In this document: positions 34,523 through 42,887 of the stretch, piece by piece
Numbering within the stretch: the first letter of the stretch is position 1
Layout of the letters: every line of letters begins with the position of its first letter
Made by a program: the position numbers and the translations under genes
DNA from: an uncultured Bacteroidales bacterium
Lineage (GTDB): Bacteria; Bacteroidota; Bacteroidia; Bacteroidales; WCHB1-69
Assembly: GCA_900316305.1 (NCBI GenBank)
Contig: ONCM01000005.1
Location: forward strand, 65,295-129,294
Direction: 5' to 3'
Length of the DNA stretch: 64,000 nt
The notes under the pieces: generated by a model
What the model was told of the DNA's origin: nothing
Databases searched by the model: none
Seen by the model: only the letters and a program-made list of their open reading frames with translations

Positions 34523-35529
34523 ATAATGTCATACGGGCACGGTTCCTTCCCCGCTCGAGTAATCGTTCGTTTCTTGAAAATATAGGAGATAGCGAGTTCC
34601 ATGCCGCCGCGACCGTGCGTGGCCACCACGAAAGGAGATACGTTCACGTCGTAGGCGAGGGAAAAACGGAGGTTCTGCCAACTGACGAACCCGTTGATAA
34701 TCAAGGCATCATTCCAACGATAGAAAAGTCCGCCACCAAGAGTGAACAGAGTAGTATAGCTGTTTTTCTTCTTGAAATATTCCACATTACAGCCGAGCAA
34801 ATACTCACTAAAGGTACGCTGCCAAGAGGCGTAGAGCATTGGCGACAAGGATAATTCGCGGTTGAGGGCGATTTGGGAGTAGAAATGAGCCGTGTATTTG
34901 ATAGGCAAACGGGCATTGCTCTCATCGAAACCATAAAAGGGCATATTGATGTGGGACGCACTCACTGCCAACCTGAAAAGGGTGGTCTTGGAGGGCAAGA
35001 ATCCCCAAAACGCACCTACCCCAAAATCGGGATAGAGCCGTTGAAAAATTTCAAAATTCTCACCAGCAGGCAGATAGGAATAGAACATTCCATCTAAAAA
35101 CTGGTTGTCCCAAGTGCCCTCATCGAAATCGAAGTGGTTGTTGATGATGCCGCCATAGAGTCCCAGACCGATTTTGTGGCGACTGTGCCGACCAAGATTT
35201 TTGATGTACGACAACGAGAGTATTGCCTGCACGGAGCTGTATCGCACATCACCAGATCTGTCCCCGTTGAAGGTGAGTCCGATACCCAATAGTTCCTGCC
35301 GCCGATGATTCTTATAGATCGCACCATCGACTTCCGCACCCATAGTCATGAACGGCTTTGTCACCGAAAGCCACTGCTCCCGCATAATGACGCCGCCACG
35401 CACCACACCATCGAACGCCGCTGTCAACGCAGGGTTCACCCCGGTCGGATTGGCATAAAACTGGGAGAAATGATAATCTTGGGCAAAAGTTATCTTAAAA
35501 AAAAAAGTCAGTGCCGTCAGCAACAGCAT
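34519..35529 (-). CDS. PorP/SprF-family T9SS outer-membrane protein (no separate upstream stop; in frame with rarA)
   Basis: Internal ATG at 35529 gives the signal peptide 'MLLLTALTFFFKITFAQ'. This is followed by 'DYHFSQFYANPTGVNPALTA', the family N-terminal signature. Confidence 0.65.
   Translation of the reverse strand: MLLLTALTFFFKITFAQDYHFSQFYANPTGVNPALTAAFDGVVRGGVIMREQWLSVTKPFMTMGAEVDGAIYKNHRRQELLGIGLTFNGDRSGDVRYSSVQAILSLSYIKNLGRHSRHKIGLGLYGGIINNHFDFDEGTWDNQFLDGMFYSYLPAGENFEIFQRLYPDFGVGAFWGFLPSKTTLFRLAVSASHINMPFYGFDESNARLPIKYTAHFYSQIALNRELSLSPMLYASWQRTFSEYLLGCNVEYFKKKNSYTTLFTLGGGLFYRWNDALIINGFVSWQNLRFSLAYDVNVSPFVVATHGRGGMELAISYIFKKRTITRAGKEPCPYDIM
35497..35506. repeat. A10/T10 homopolymer inside the PorP-like signal peptide
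   Basis: The coding strand reads ACT TTT TTT TTT AAG. This is the only homopolymer of 9 nt or longer that I found in the window. Confidence 0.9.
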
Positions 35530-36801
35530 CACATATCTGTACTTCTCGTTCCAACAGTTCCTAAGATAGCGTCGCAACTCGTTTTCACGCGGATTGTTCT
35601 GAGGCTCATAGAGTTTCGTGCCCGCAATCTGTTCGGGTAGGAACTCCTGCTGCACGAAATTGTGCTCGAAATCGTGGGCGTATTGGTAACCTTTGTGATA
35701 GCCCAACTCCTTCATCAGTTTGGTCGGGGCGTTGCGGATGTGCAGCGGCACAGGCAGGTCGCCGGTCTGCTTGACAAGTCCGTAGGCGTTCTCGATAGCC
35801 ATATAAGAGGCGTTGCTCTTGGGCGAAGAAGCCAGATACACAGCCGTTTGCGAGAGTACGATACGCGCTTCCGGCATCCCAATGACGTTGACTGCCTGGA
35901 AACAGTTGTTGGCCAGCAGCAACGCGTTAGGGTTGGCGTTGCCGATGTCCTCGGAGGCCAAAATCACCATACGGCGGGCGATGAAAAGCGGGTCTTCACC
36001 AGCAACCAGCATCCGGGCCATCCAATAGACCGCTGCGTTGGGGTCGCTGCCGCGCAACGACTTGATGAAAGCGGAGATGATATCATAATGCTGTTCGCCC
36101 TTCTTGTCGTAAAGTGCCAAATTCTGCTGGATGACGTGAATGATCTGCTCGCGGGTGAGGGTGATGACACCGTCCACCGGCGGGGTCATCCACGACACCA
36201 ACTCGATGGCATTCAGCAATTTGCGGGCATCACCGCCAGAGATGCGCAATAAAGCTTCCGTATTCTCCAACTTGATTTTGCAGTTCATCTGCCCTTCGAG
36301 GTAGGCGATAGCCGTCTGTAACAGTTGCTCAAGATTCTCCTTGGAAAGTCCCTTCAGGACATAAACCTGACAACGAGAAAGTAGTGGGGAAATAACCTCG
36401 AAAGAGGGATTCTCCGTGGTGGCGCCGATGAGCGTGACCACGCCCTGTTCCACCGCGCCGAGCAGCGAATCCTGCTGGGATTTGGAGAACCGGTGAATTT
36501 CGTCGATGAAGAGAATGCAGCGCCGTTCGGATTTTTTGGCTTTGTCGATAACCTCGCGGATATCCTTCACGCCGCTGCTGATAGCGCTGAGGGTGAAGAA
36601 CTCCGCATCGATGGCGTTGGCGATGAGCAGCGCGAGGGTGGTCTTGCCCACGCCCGGCGGTCCCCAAAAGATCATCGACTGGATGTTGCCGCTCTCGATG
36701 GCCGTACGCAACACCGCCCCTTCACCCATCAGGTGCTCCTGACCGATGTATCCCTCAATGGAATGTGGGCGAAGAATCTCTGCTAACGGCTGCTTCTGCA
36801 T
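35530..36801 (-). CDS. rarA: Replication-associated recombination protein A (RarA/MgsA AAA+ ATPase), lacking a stop codon
   Basis: Walker A 'GPPGVGKTT' and 'ILFIDEIHRF' are present. The conserved body ends near '..RNCWNEKYRY', then the frame continues into the PorP-like ORF. The start is ATG 36801; the track's TTG at 36822 lies inside the promoter box. Confidence 0.8.
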
Positions 36802-36819
36802 TACATTATTTTTGGAGCG

Positions 36820-36827
36820 CAAAGATA
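36820..36827 (-). promoter_or_regulatory. -7 promoter box (TATCTTTG) for rarA
   Basis: Plus strand reads caaagata, 19 nt upstream of ATG 36801. Confidence 0.5.
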
Positions 36828-36877
36828 CATTTTTTTGGCTTACAAGCTTAGAAGTTTACACGCTTAGGGGGGGACGT

Positions 36878-37636
36878 TTACAATTTGGAGGTTAAGTACT
36901 CGAAATCCTTCAACGACAATTGCTCGGCGCGTTTCGTGAATAATGGTTCGGTTTCCACAAACGCCTTGTCGAACGGCAACGATTGCAGTGCGTTGCGAAG
37001 GGTTTTGCGGCGGTAGTTGAAGGCGGTTTTCACCACCGTGCGGAAGGTCTTCTCGTCGCAGTGCAACTTTTTGTCGAAATTACGGGTGAGGCGGATGACG
37101 GCGGACTTCACTTGCGGCGGCGGGGTGAACTCATGCTCCCCGACGGTGAAGAGGTACTCGGTGTCATAAAAGGCCTGCAGCAACACGCTGAGGATGCCGT
37201 ACTGCTTGTTGCCGGGCTGGGCACACACCCGCTCGGCCACCTCTTTTTGGAACATACCCACCATCTCCACCACGGTCTCCTTCTCATCCAAAACCTTGAA
37301 GAGGATCTGCGAGGAGATGTTGTAGGGGAAATTGCCCACAATCACCTTCGGACCGTCATAGAAATCCGACAGCGGATACTGCAGAAAGTCACCATGAATC
37401 AGGTTGTTACCTAGCTCTGGAAAATGCTTCTGCAGGTATTCTACCGACTCCTCATCCAGCTCAATGACCGCAAACTGCGGAAACTCGCGCTGCAGTAAGT
37501 ACTGCGTGAGCACGCCCATACCTGGTCCGATCTCCAGCACGTGCGCGTCGGGCGTGAGCACCGCCTCCGCGATGTCCTGCGCAATCGCCTGGTTGTTCAG
37601 AAAATGTTGTCCTAACCGTTTTTTTGCTCGTACCAT
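36878..37636 (-). CDS. rsmA: 16S rRNA (adenine1518/1519-N6)-dimethyltransferase
   Basis: Contains 'KKRLGQHFL' and the SAM-binding 'VLEIGPGMG'. Confidence 0.9.
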   Translation of the reverse strand: MVRAKKRLGQHFLNNQAIAQDIAEAVLTPDAHVLEIGPGMGVLTQYLLQREFPQFAVIELDEESVEYLQKHFPELGNNLIHGDFLQYPLSDFYDGPKVIVGNFPYNISSQILFKVLDEKETVVEMVGMFQKEVAERVCAQPGNKQYGILSVLLQAFYDTEYLFTVGEHEFTPPPQVKSAVIRLTRNFDKKLHCDEKTFRTVVKTAFNYRRKTLRNALQSLPFDKAFVETEPLFTKRAEQLSLKDFEYLTSKL

Positions 37637-37723
37637 TTCATCGTTTATTCATCGTTCATTCATCGTTCATTCATCGCTTCTTTCATCGTTCATTCATCGC
37701 TTCTTTCATCGCCTCATCGTCAT
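37637..37723. repeat. ~11-nt tandem repeat (TTCATCGTTCA-like, 8 TCATCG cores) filling the rsmA leader
   Basis: It lies directly between ATG 37636 and the -7 box at 37732. On the mRNA strand it reads (CGATGAAnGAA)n, with 8 upstream ATGs each overlapping a TGA. Confidence 0.8.
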
Positions 37724-37731
37724 ACAACTGG

Positions 37732-37739
37732 CAAAAATA
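37732..37739 (-). promoter_or_regulatory. -7 promoter box (TATTTTTG) for rsmA
   Basis: Plus strand reads caaaaata. Confidence 0.4.
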
Positions 37740-37769
37740 ACATATTTATCAAACGGTTTGAAGATTTTG

Positions 37770-37777
37770 TATATTTG
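37770..37777 (+). promoter_or_regulatory. -7 promoter box (TATATTTG)
   Basis: 57 nt upstream of ATG 37834. Confidence 0.45.
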
Positions 37778-37833
37778 CAGATTAAAATATATAATATATC
37801 TAACTGAGTATCAATTTAATAACATAAAAAATT

Positions 37834-39033
37834 ATGCCGAAAATTTCCCAAAAAGGTGCAAGCATGCAGTCTTCCCCTATCCGGAAGCTCGTCCCCTTCT
37901 CTGATGCTGCCAAGAACCGTGGCATCCATGTCTATCATTTGAACATCGGTCAACCCGATATCGAGACCCCGAAAGGTGCCCGTGACGCCGTGCGCAACGC
38001 CGACATCCCGGTGATCGCCTACAGCCACTCCGCCGGTAACCTCAGCTACCGCAAGAAACTGGTTGAATACTACCACAGTGTGGGCATCGAAGTCACCACT
38101 GACGAAATCATCGTCACTACCGGCGGCAGCGAAGGCCTTCTTTTCGCCTTCAACAGCTGCATGGACCCGGGCGACGAAATCATCATCCCCGAACCTTTCT
38201 ATGCTAACTATAACGCTTTCGCCACCATGTGCGGCGTAGTGGTGAAACCCATCATCTCCACCATTGAAGATGGTTTTGCGCTGCCCTCCATCGAGGATTT
38301 CGAGAAGGTCATCACCCCGAAGACGAAAGCCATCATGATCTGTAACCCCAACAACCCCACCGGCTACCTCTACTCCAAAGAGGAAATCCTGAAGTTAGGT
38401 GAGATTGCCAAAAAGCACGACCTCTTCCTCTTCGCCGATGAGGTGTATCGCGAATTCTGCTACGACGGCGTGAAACATTTCTCCGTCATGGAGCTGACCG
38501 ACATTGCCGACAATGTGGTGCTTTTGGACTCTGTGTCAAAGCGTTACAGCGCCTGCGGTGTACGTGTGGGTGCCTTCATCACGCATAACAAGGAAGTTTA
38601 TGCCACCGCGATGAAGATGGCCCAGGCCCGTCTGAGCCCGCCGTCCTACGGCCAGATTCTCGGTGAGGCCGCCGTCGACACCCCGAAAGTCTATTTCGAC
38701 AGCGTAAACAAGGAATATGTGGCCCGCCGCAACACTATCGTGAACGGCGTGAACGCCATCCCCGGCTGCTTCGTCCCGATGCCGAAGGGCGCCTTCTACT
38801 GCGTCGCCCGTCTGCCCATCGACGACTCCGACAAATTCTGCCGTTGGCTGCTCGAAGACTTCAGCTACAAGGGTGCCACGGTGATGTTCGCCCCCGCCAC
38901 GGGATTCTACTCCAAGAAGGGACAAGGCGTGAACGAGGTCCGTATCAGCTACTGCCTGAACGTGAGTGACCTCGAAAAATCCGTCGAGTGCCTCCGCGAG
39001 GCCCTCAAGGTTTATCCCGGCCGCACGAACTAA
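37834..39033 (+). CDS. Class I/II PLP-dependent aminotransferase (aspartate aminotransferase-like)
   Basis: 399 aa with 'SPIRKL', 'NIGQPD', 'NPNNPTG' and 'SVSKRYSACGVRVG' (PLP lysine). Confidence 0.8.
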   Translation: MPKISQKGASMQSSPIRKLVPFSDAAKNRGIHVYHLNIGQPDIETPKGARDAVRNADIPVIAYSHSAGNLSYRKKLVEYYHSVGIEVTTDEIIVTTGGSEGLLFAFNSCMDPGDEIIIPEPFYANYNAFATMCGVVVKPIISTIEDGFALPSIEDFEKVITPKTKAIMICNPNNPTGYLYSKEEILKLGEIAKKHDLFLFADEVYREFCYDGVKHFSVMELTDIADNVVLLDSVSKRYSACGVRVGAFITHNKEVYATAMKMAQARLSPPSYGQILGEAAVDTPKVYFDSVNKEYVARRNTIVNGVNAIPGCFVPMPKGAFYCVARLPIDDSDKFCRWLLEDFSYKGATVMFAPATGFYSKKGQGVNEVRISYCLNVSDLEKSVECLREALKVYPGRTN

Positions 39034-39037
39034 TGCT

Positions 39038-39100
39038 GGCTATTGGCTATTAGCTATTAGCCATTGGCCAAAAGCTAATGGCCAAAAGCTAAAAGCCATA
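39038..39100. repeat. Heptamer array (GGCTATT family, 9 units)
   Basis: Sequence: ggctatt ggctatt agctatt agccatt ggccaaa agctaat ggccaaa agctaaa agccata. It begins 4 nt after the stop codon. Confidence 0.75.
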
Positions 39101-39138
39101 CTCGGCAGATGTCAAGTATGAATTATTCAGGCTAAATT

Positions 39139-39993
39139 ATGATTAACTTTAAACATACCGAAAAAGATGTGGCAGGTCACCGCCTGTTACATCTTTTTCT
39201 CTTTTTTGTGGCGATTCTGGCTTTTGTTTTTCCACAAAATGCTAAGGCTCAGGGTTCACGGCCGATCTATCAGACTGACTTTACCGACAAAAACTACGTC
39301 GATACTACCGCTCCGATGATCTGGCTGGATGCTCACTTGTCTTATATGTTTCCGTTTGGAGACCTGGGCAACATGTTTAAGAACAATTTCGGGGTGGGAC
39401 CGGGTTTCACGTTCAAATCAAAGACAAACTGGACTATCGGGTTCCATTTCGACTACATGTTCGGCGCAAACATGCGAGATCCGAACTTCTTTAACGGCAC
39501 ATTGGCCAACGACGACGGCATCGTCATCGACGGCAATGGACTGGTGTCGCCGGGCGGCATCACCGCAGAAGGACGCTACTGGTCCCTCATGGCCGACTTC
39601 GGCAAGATTATCCCTGTTGACCGATGGAAGAACTCCGGAATTTGGCTCCGAATCGGCGCCGGATACTTCAATCACCGGCTGCGTCTCAACGACTTTGGCA
39701 ATCAGTACCCGCAACTCGACGGGGACTACGCCAAAGGTTACGACCGCCAATCGGGAGGTTTCGCCCTCAACCAGTTCATCGGTTATCAGTTTATCCGCAA
39801 AAACCGTATGCTGAACTTCTTCATCGGTCTCGAATTCCACGAGATGTGGACCAAGCCCAACCGCAATTATGTCTTCTTCGAAGGCCCCACCGATGAGATG
39901 AAAGCCAAATTCAGCGGTCTGGTTGGTGTCAAAGCCGGATGGAATATTCCGTTGTATGAGAAAAAGACAACAACGACGTTCTATTATAGATGA
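39139..39993 (+). CDS. Hypothetical secreted / outer-membrane protein
   Basis: Signal peptide ending 'AKAQ'. The sequence is rich in Gly and aromatic residues and has an aromatic C-terminus. No family recognised. Confidence 0.45.
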   Translation: MINFKHTEKDVAGHRLLHLFLFFVAILAFVFPQNAKAQGSRPIYQTDFTDKNYVDTTAPMIWLDAHLSYMFPFGDLGNMFKNNFGVGPGFTFKSKTNWTIGFHFDYMFGANMRDPNFFNGTLANDDGIVIDGNGLVSPGGITAEGRYWSLMADFGKIIPVDRWKNSGIWLRIGAGYFNHRLRLNDFGNQYPQLDGDYAKGYDRQSGGFALNQFIGYQFIRKNRMLNFFIGLEFHEMWTKPNRNYVFFEGPTDEMKAKFSGLVGVKAGWNIPLYEKKTTTTFYYR

Positions 39994-40024
39994 TGAGAGG
40001 ATAAGATGATCAGATGATAAGAGA

Positions 40025-41269
40025 ATGAGAGGATTGTACACGATAGGGATTTGGTTTTATGGGCTAGGCATCCGGATTGCTTCGCTATTCAATGAAAAAG
40101 CGAAACAATGGGTGCGCGGACGGAAAGGCATTTTCGCCGAATTGGAAAAGACATTTGACGGAAAAACCTATCCTATTTGGGTGCACTGTGCCTCGTTAGG
40201 CGAGTATGAGCAAGCCAAACCGCTAATTGAAAAGATTAAGAAAGAGCAACCTGAAATCAAAATCCTGACCACCTTTTTTTCGCCATCAGGCTATGTACAG
40301 GCCGTCAAGAAACCTCTTGCCGACTACAATTTCTATCTGCCGTTGGATTTGCCTTGCAATGTCCGTAAGTTTATCGACATTGTGCAGCCCAAGGCGGCCA
40401 TCTTTGTGAAATACGAATTCTGGTTCAATTACATGCGTCAATTGTCCCAGAAAACCATACCCTTCTATTACATCAGTGCGATTTTCAGAGAGAATCAGCA
40501 CTTCTTCAAGTCTTCTGGACGTTGGTTTGCCAAACAGTTACGGCAAGCCACACATTTTTTCGTGCAAACGGAAAAATCAAAACAATTATTGGAAAGCATT
40601 GGCATCAAGCAAGTTATCGTTTGTGGTGACACCCGTTTCGACCGCGTGAAAGCCATTGCCGAGAAGGTTGAACCGTTTCCTTTCATGGAAACTTTCTGCC
40701 AAAACAAGAAAATCATCATTGCCGGAAGCTCATGGGGACCCGACGAGCATTTACTGGCACAATTATTGCAGCATTTCCCTGATTATAAATTGGTTGTCGC
40801 ACCCCACGAAATCAGTCGCACGCCCGAAGTGAAAGAGACCTTTGCTGCATCTAAAACCGCTTTATACACCTCCATGAACGAGGAGGAACTCGCTGACACG
40901 CAAGTTCTTATCATAGACACAATCGGCATTTTGAGCCGTCTCTACCAATACAGCACCGTCTCCTATATCGGCGGCGCCTTCAAAACCGGACTGCACAACA
41001 TTCTGGAAGCCGCCGTCTATGGCAAACCGCTCTTCTTCGGTCCGCACTACGACCATTTTAACGAAGCGGTGAACTTGGTGGCATTGAAAGGGGCGTTTTC
41101 CGTGAATTCCACCGCAGAAATGCAGGCTATCATGGAAAAATTTGAGCAGAATCCGGACTACTACGCCCAAACCTGCGAGATCTGCCAACAATTTGTGGCG
41201 GATAATTCGGGTGCGGCGGACACCATATACAAACAAATCGAAGAATCCATCTGTAGAGACGTTTCATGA
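40025..41269 (+). CDS. waaA: 3-deoxy-D-manno-octulosonic acid (Kdo) transferase
   Basis: 414 aa. The N-terminus is 'LYTIGIWFYGLGIR' and 'WVHCASLGEYEQAKPLI' is present. Confidence 0.8.
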   Translation: MRGLYTIGIWFYGLGIRIASLFNEKAKQWVRGRKGIFAELEKTFDGKTYPIWVHCASLGEYEQAKPLIEKIKKEQPEIKILTTFFSPSGYVQAVKKPLADYNFYLPLDLPCNVRKFIDIVQPKAAIFVKYEFWFNYMRQLSQKTIPFYYISAIFRENQHFFKSSGRWFAKQLRQATHFFVQTEKSKQLLESIGIKQVIVCGDTRFDRVKAIAEKVEPFPFMETFCQNKKIIIAGSSWGPDEHLLAQLLQHFPDYKLVVAPHEISRTPEVKETFAASKTALYTSMNEEELADTQVLIIDTIGILSRLYQYSTVSYIGGAFKTGLHNILEAAVYGKPLFFGPHYDHFNEAVNLVALKGAFSVNSTAEMQAIMEKFEQNPDYYAQTCEICQQFVADNSGAADTIYKQIEESICRDVS

Positions 41270-41280
41270 AACGTCTCTAC
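41253..41280. repeat. GTAGAGACG-family palindrome
   Basis: Sequence gtagagacgtttcatgaaacgtctctac, identical to 49258..49285. It contains the waaA stop codon. Confidence 0.8.
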
Positions 41281-41322
41281 AACAACCCAATATCGACAAT
41301 TAAAACCTAAAAATTCAATAAA

Positions 41323-41922
41323 ATGAGTAAAACATTAAAAACCGTTCTGATTATTGTTGGCATCGTCATCGTTTTGGCGGCCATGTTTGTGAAACCTTAT
41401 AACAAGATGGTCCAAAAGGATGAGGAGTGTTCCAAAGCTTGGGCCAACGTGGAGAATGCCTATCAACGCCGTTTGGACCTGATTCCCAACTTGGTGAAAA
41501 CCGTGCAAGGAGCTGCCGATTATGAAAAAGGCACCTTGACGGAGGTGATTGAGGCCCGCGCTAAAGCCACGTCTGTGCAAGTGGATCCGAGCAATTTGAC
41601 TGAAGAATCCATCGCCAAATTCCAAGCTGCTCAAGACCAATTGAGTTCCGCATTGAGCCGTTTGATGGTGGTCGTGGAACGCTATCCCGAACTGAAGGCT
41701 AACGAGAACTTCTTGGAATTGCAAGCTCAGTTGGAGGGTACGGAAAATCGTATCGCTGTGGAGCGCGGCAAGTTCAACGAAACGGTGAACGATTATAACA
41801 GCTACATCCGCCGTTTCCCGAACAACATCATCGCCGGCATGTTCAACTTCGACAAGAAGGGTTACTTCAAAGCTACAGAAGGGGCTGACAAAGCTCCCGA
41901 TGTGGAGTTTAATTTCAACTAA
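41323..41922 (+). CDS. LemA-family protein
   Basis: N-terminal TM helix plus 'AWANVENAYQRRLDLIPNLV'. Confidence 0.85.
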   Translation: MSKTLKTVLIIVGIVIVLAAMFVKPYNKMVQKDEECSKAWANVENAYQRRLDLIPNLVKTVQGAADYEKGTLTEVIEARAKATSVQVDPSNLTEESIAKFQAAQDQLSSALSRLMVVVERYPELKANENFLELQAQLEGTENRIAVERGKFNETVNDYNSYIRRFPNNIIAGMFNFDKKGYFKATEGADKAPDVEFNFN

Positions 41923-41940
41923 TCTGATTAGAATTTGGCA

Positions 41941-42765
41941 GTGAAACGCCTGTTAATCATATTATTGGCATTTATCGCCGTCGGATCAAGCGCGGCGAGG
42001 GATAAGGATGTTATTCCGCCTGCTCCCAATCCGCCGCGCTTGGTCAACGACTTAGCCGGACTCCTGACCCCTGAGCAGATTCAGGAGAAGGAGGACTTGC
42101 TCGTGGCTTTCAACGACTCCACCACCAATGTCATTTGCGTGGTGACCGTCAATGACTTAGGCGATTATTCCGCTGCGGAATTCGCCTACGAAATCGGCGA
42201 CCGATGGGGCGTACGTTCCACCGACGACAAGCGCAACGGTGTGGTACTCCTGTTGAAACCACGTAACGAAACTTCCGGCGAAGTCTATATCGCTGTGGGA
42301 TATGATCTTGAGGGCGCTATTCCGGACGCTATCGCCAAGCGCATCATTGAATTGAAGATGATGCCCGCCTTGCGCGAGGGCGATTACAACGCGGCCATTG
42401 ACTCTGCGTTGGCGTACATCCTACCGCTTGCTGCAGGCGAAATCTCGGATATCCGTGATGATAATAACGACGATGATGTGGGAGCGCTTATAGCTTTGCT
42501 GTTCTTCATCATTGCGGTCGTGGTCGTTTGCGTTGTCCTCCACAAACTGGGCAAAGGCGGCAACGGCGGTCACTATTACGGCGGTTCGTTCTTCCCACCC
42601 AGTCACTCCGGCGGCAACTGGTCCGACTATAGTGGCGGCTATAAAGGCGGTTACGGAGGAGGAGGCTTTGGCGGCTTCGGTGGCGGTGGCTTTGGCGGAG
42701 GCGGTTTCGGCGGTTTCGGCGGAGGCGGTGGCTTCGGTGGAGGCGGCGCCGGCGGACGATTCTAA
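41941..42765 (+). CDS. TPM-domain (YgcG-like) protein with a TM helix and a Gly-rich tail
   Basis: The start is GTG 41941 or TTG 41935 (uncertain). The sequence has 'LVNDLAGLLTPEQ', then a TM helix, then a 'GGFGGFGGGG' tail. It follows LemA, which is the usual pairing. Confidence 0.7.
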   Translation: MKRLLIILLAFIAVGSSAARDKDVIPPAPNPPRLVNDLAGLLTPEQIQEKEDLLVAFNDSTTNVICVVTVNDLGDYSAAEFAYEIGDRWGVRSTDDKRNGVVLLLKPRNETSGEVYIAVGYDLEGAIPDAIAKRIIELKMMPALREGDYNAAIDSALAYILPLAAGEISDIRDDNNDDDVGALIALLFFIIAVVVVCVVLHKLGKGGNGGHYYGGSFFPPSHSGGNWSDYSGGYKGGYGGGGFGGFGGGGFGGGGFGGFGGGGGFGGGGAGGRF

Positions 42766-42792
42766 ATGTAGAATTCTGAATGTAGACTAAAG
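42765..42792. repeat. Heptamer array (AATGTAG family)
   Basis: Sequence: aatgtag aattctg aatgtag actaaag. About 22 of 25 nt match 52320..52344. Confidence 0.6.
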
Positions 42793-42848
42793 TTGGTGTA
42801 AAGACGCAATGTGTCACGTTTTTACGAATCATCCATAACCGTGTAACC

Positions 42849-42885
42849 GCTTCAATAACCCATAACCTATAACCAATACCATTAC
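42849..42885. repeat. CTTCAATAACC..CCATTAC element
   Basis: Sequence gcttcaataacccataacctataaccaataccattac. Related copies are at 34493 and 50498. Confidence 0.7.
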
Positions 42886-42887
42886 TA

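Noticed and set aside
37404-37904. A 166-aa plus-strand ORF with repeated 'SFIHR' peptides.
   Set aside because: It is a translation artefact of the 11-nt tandem repeat in the rsmA leader and overlaps the rsmA 5' end on the opposite strand.
42600-42762. GGC/GGT-rich repetitive DNA.
   Set aside because: It encodes the Gly/Phe-rich C-terminal tail (GGFGG repeats) of the TPM/YgcG-like protein, a common low-complexity feature of that family.
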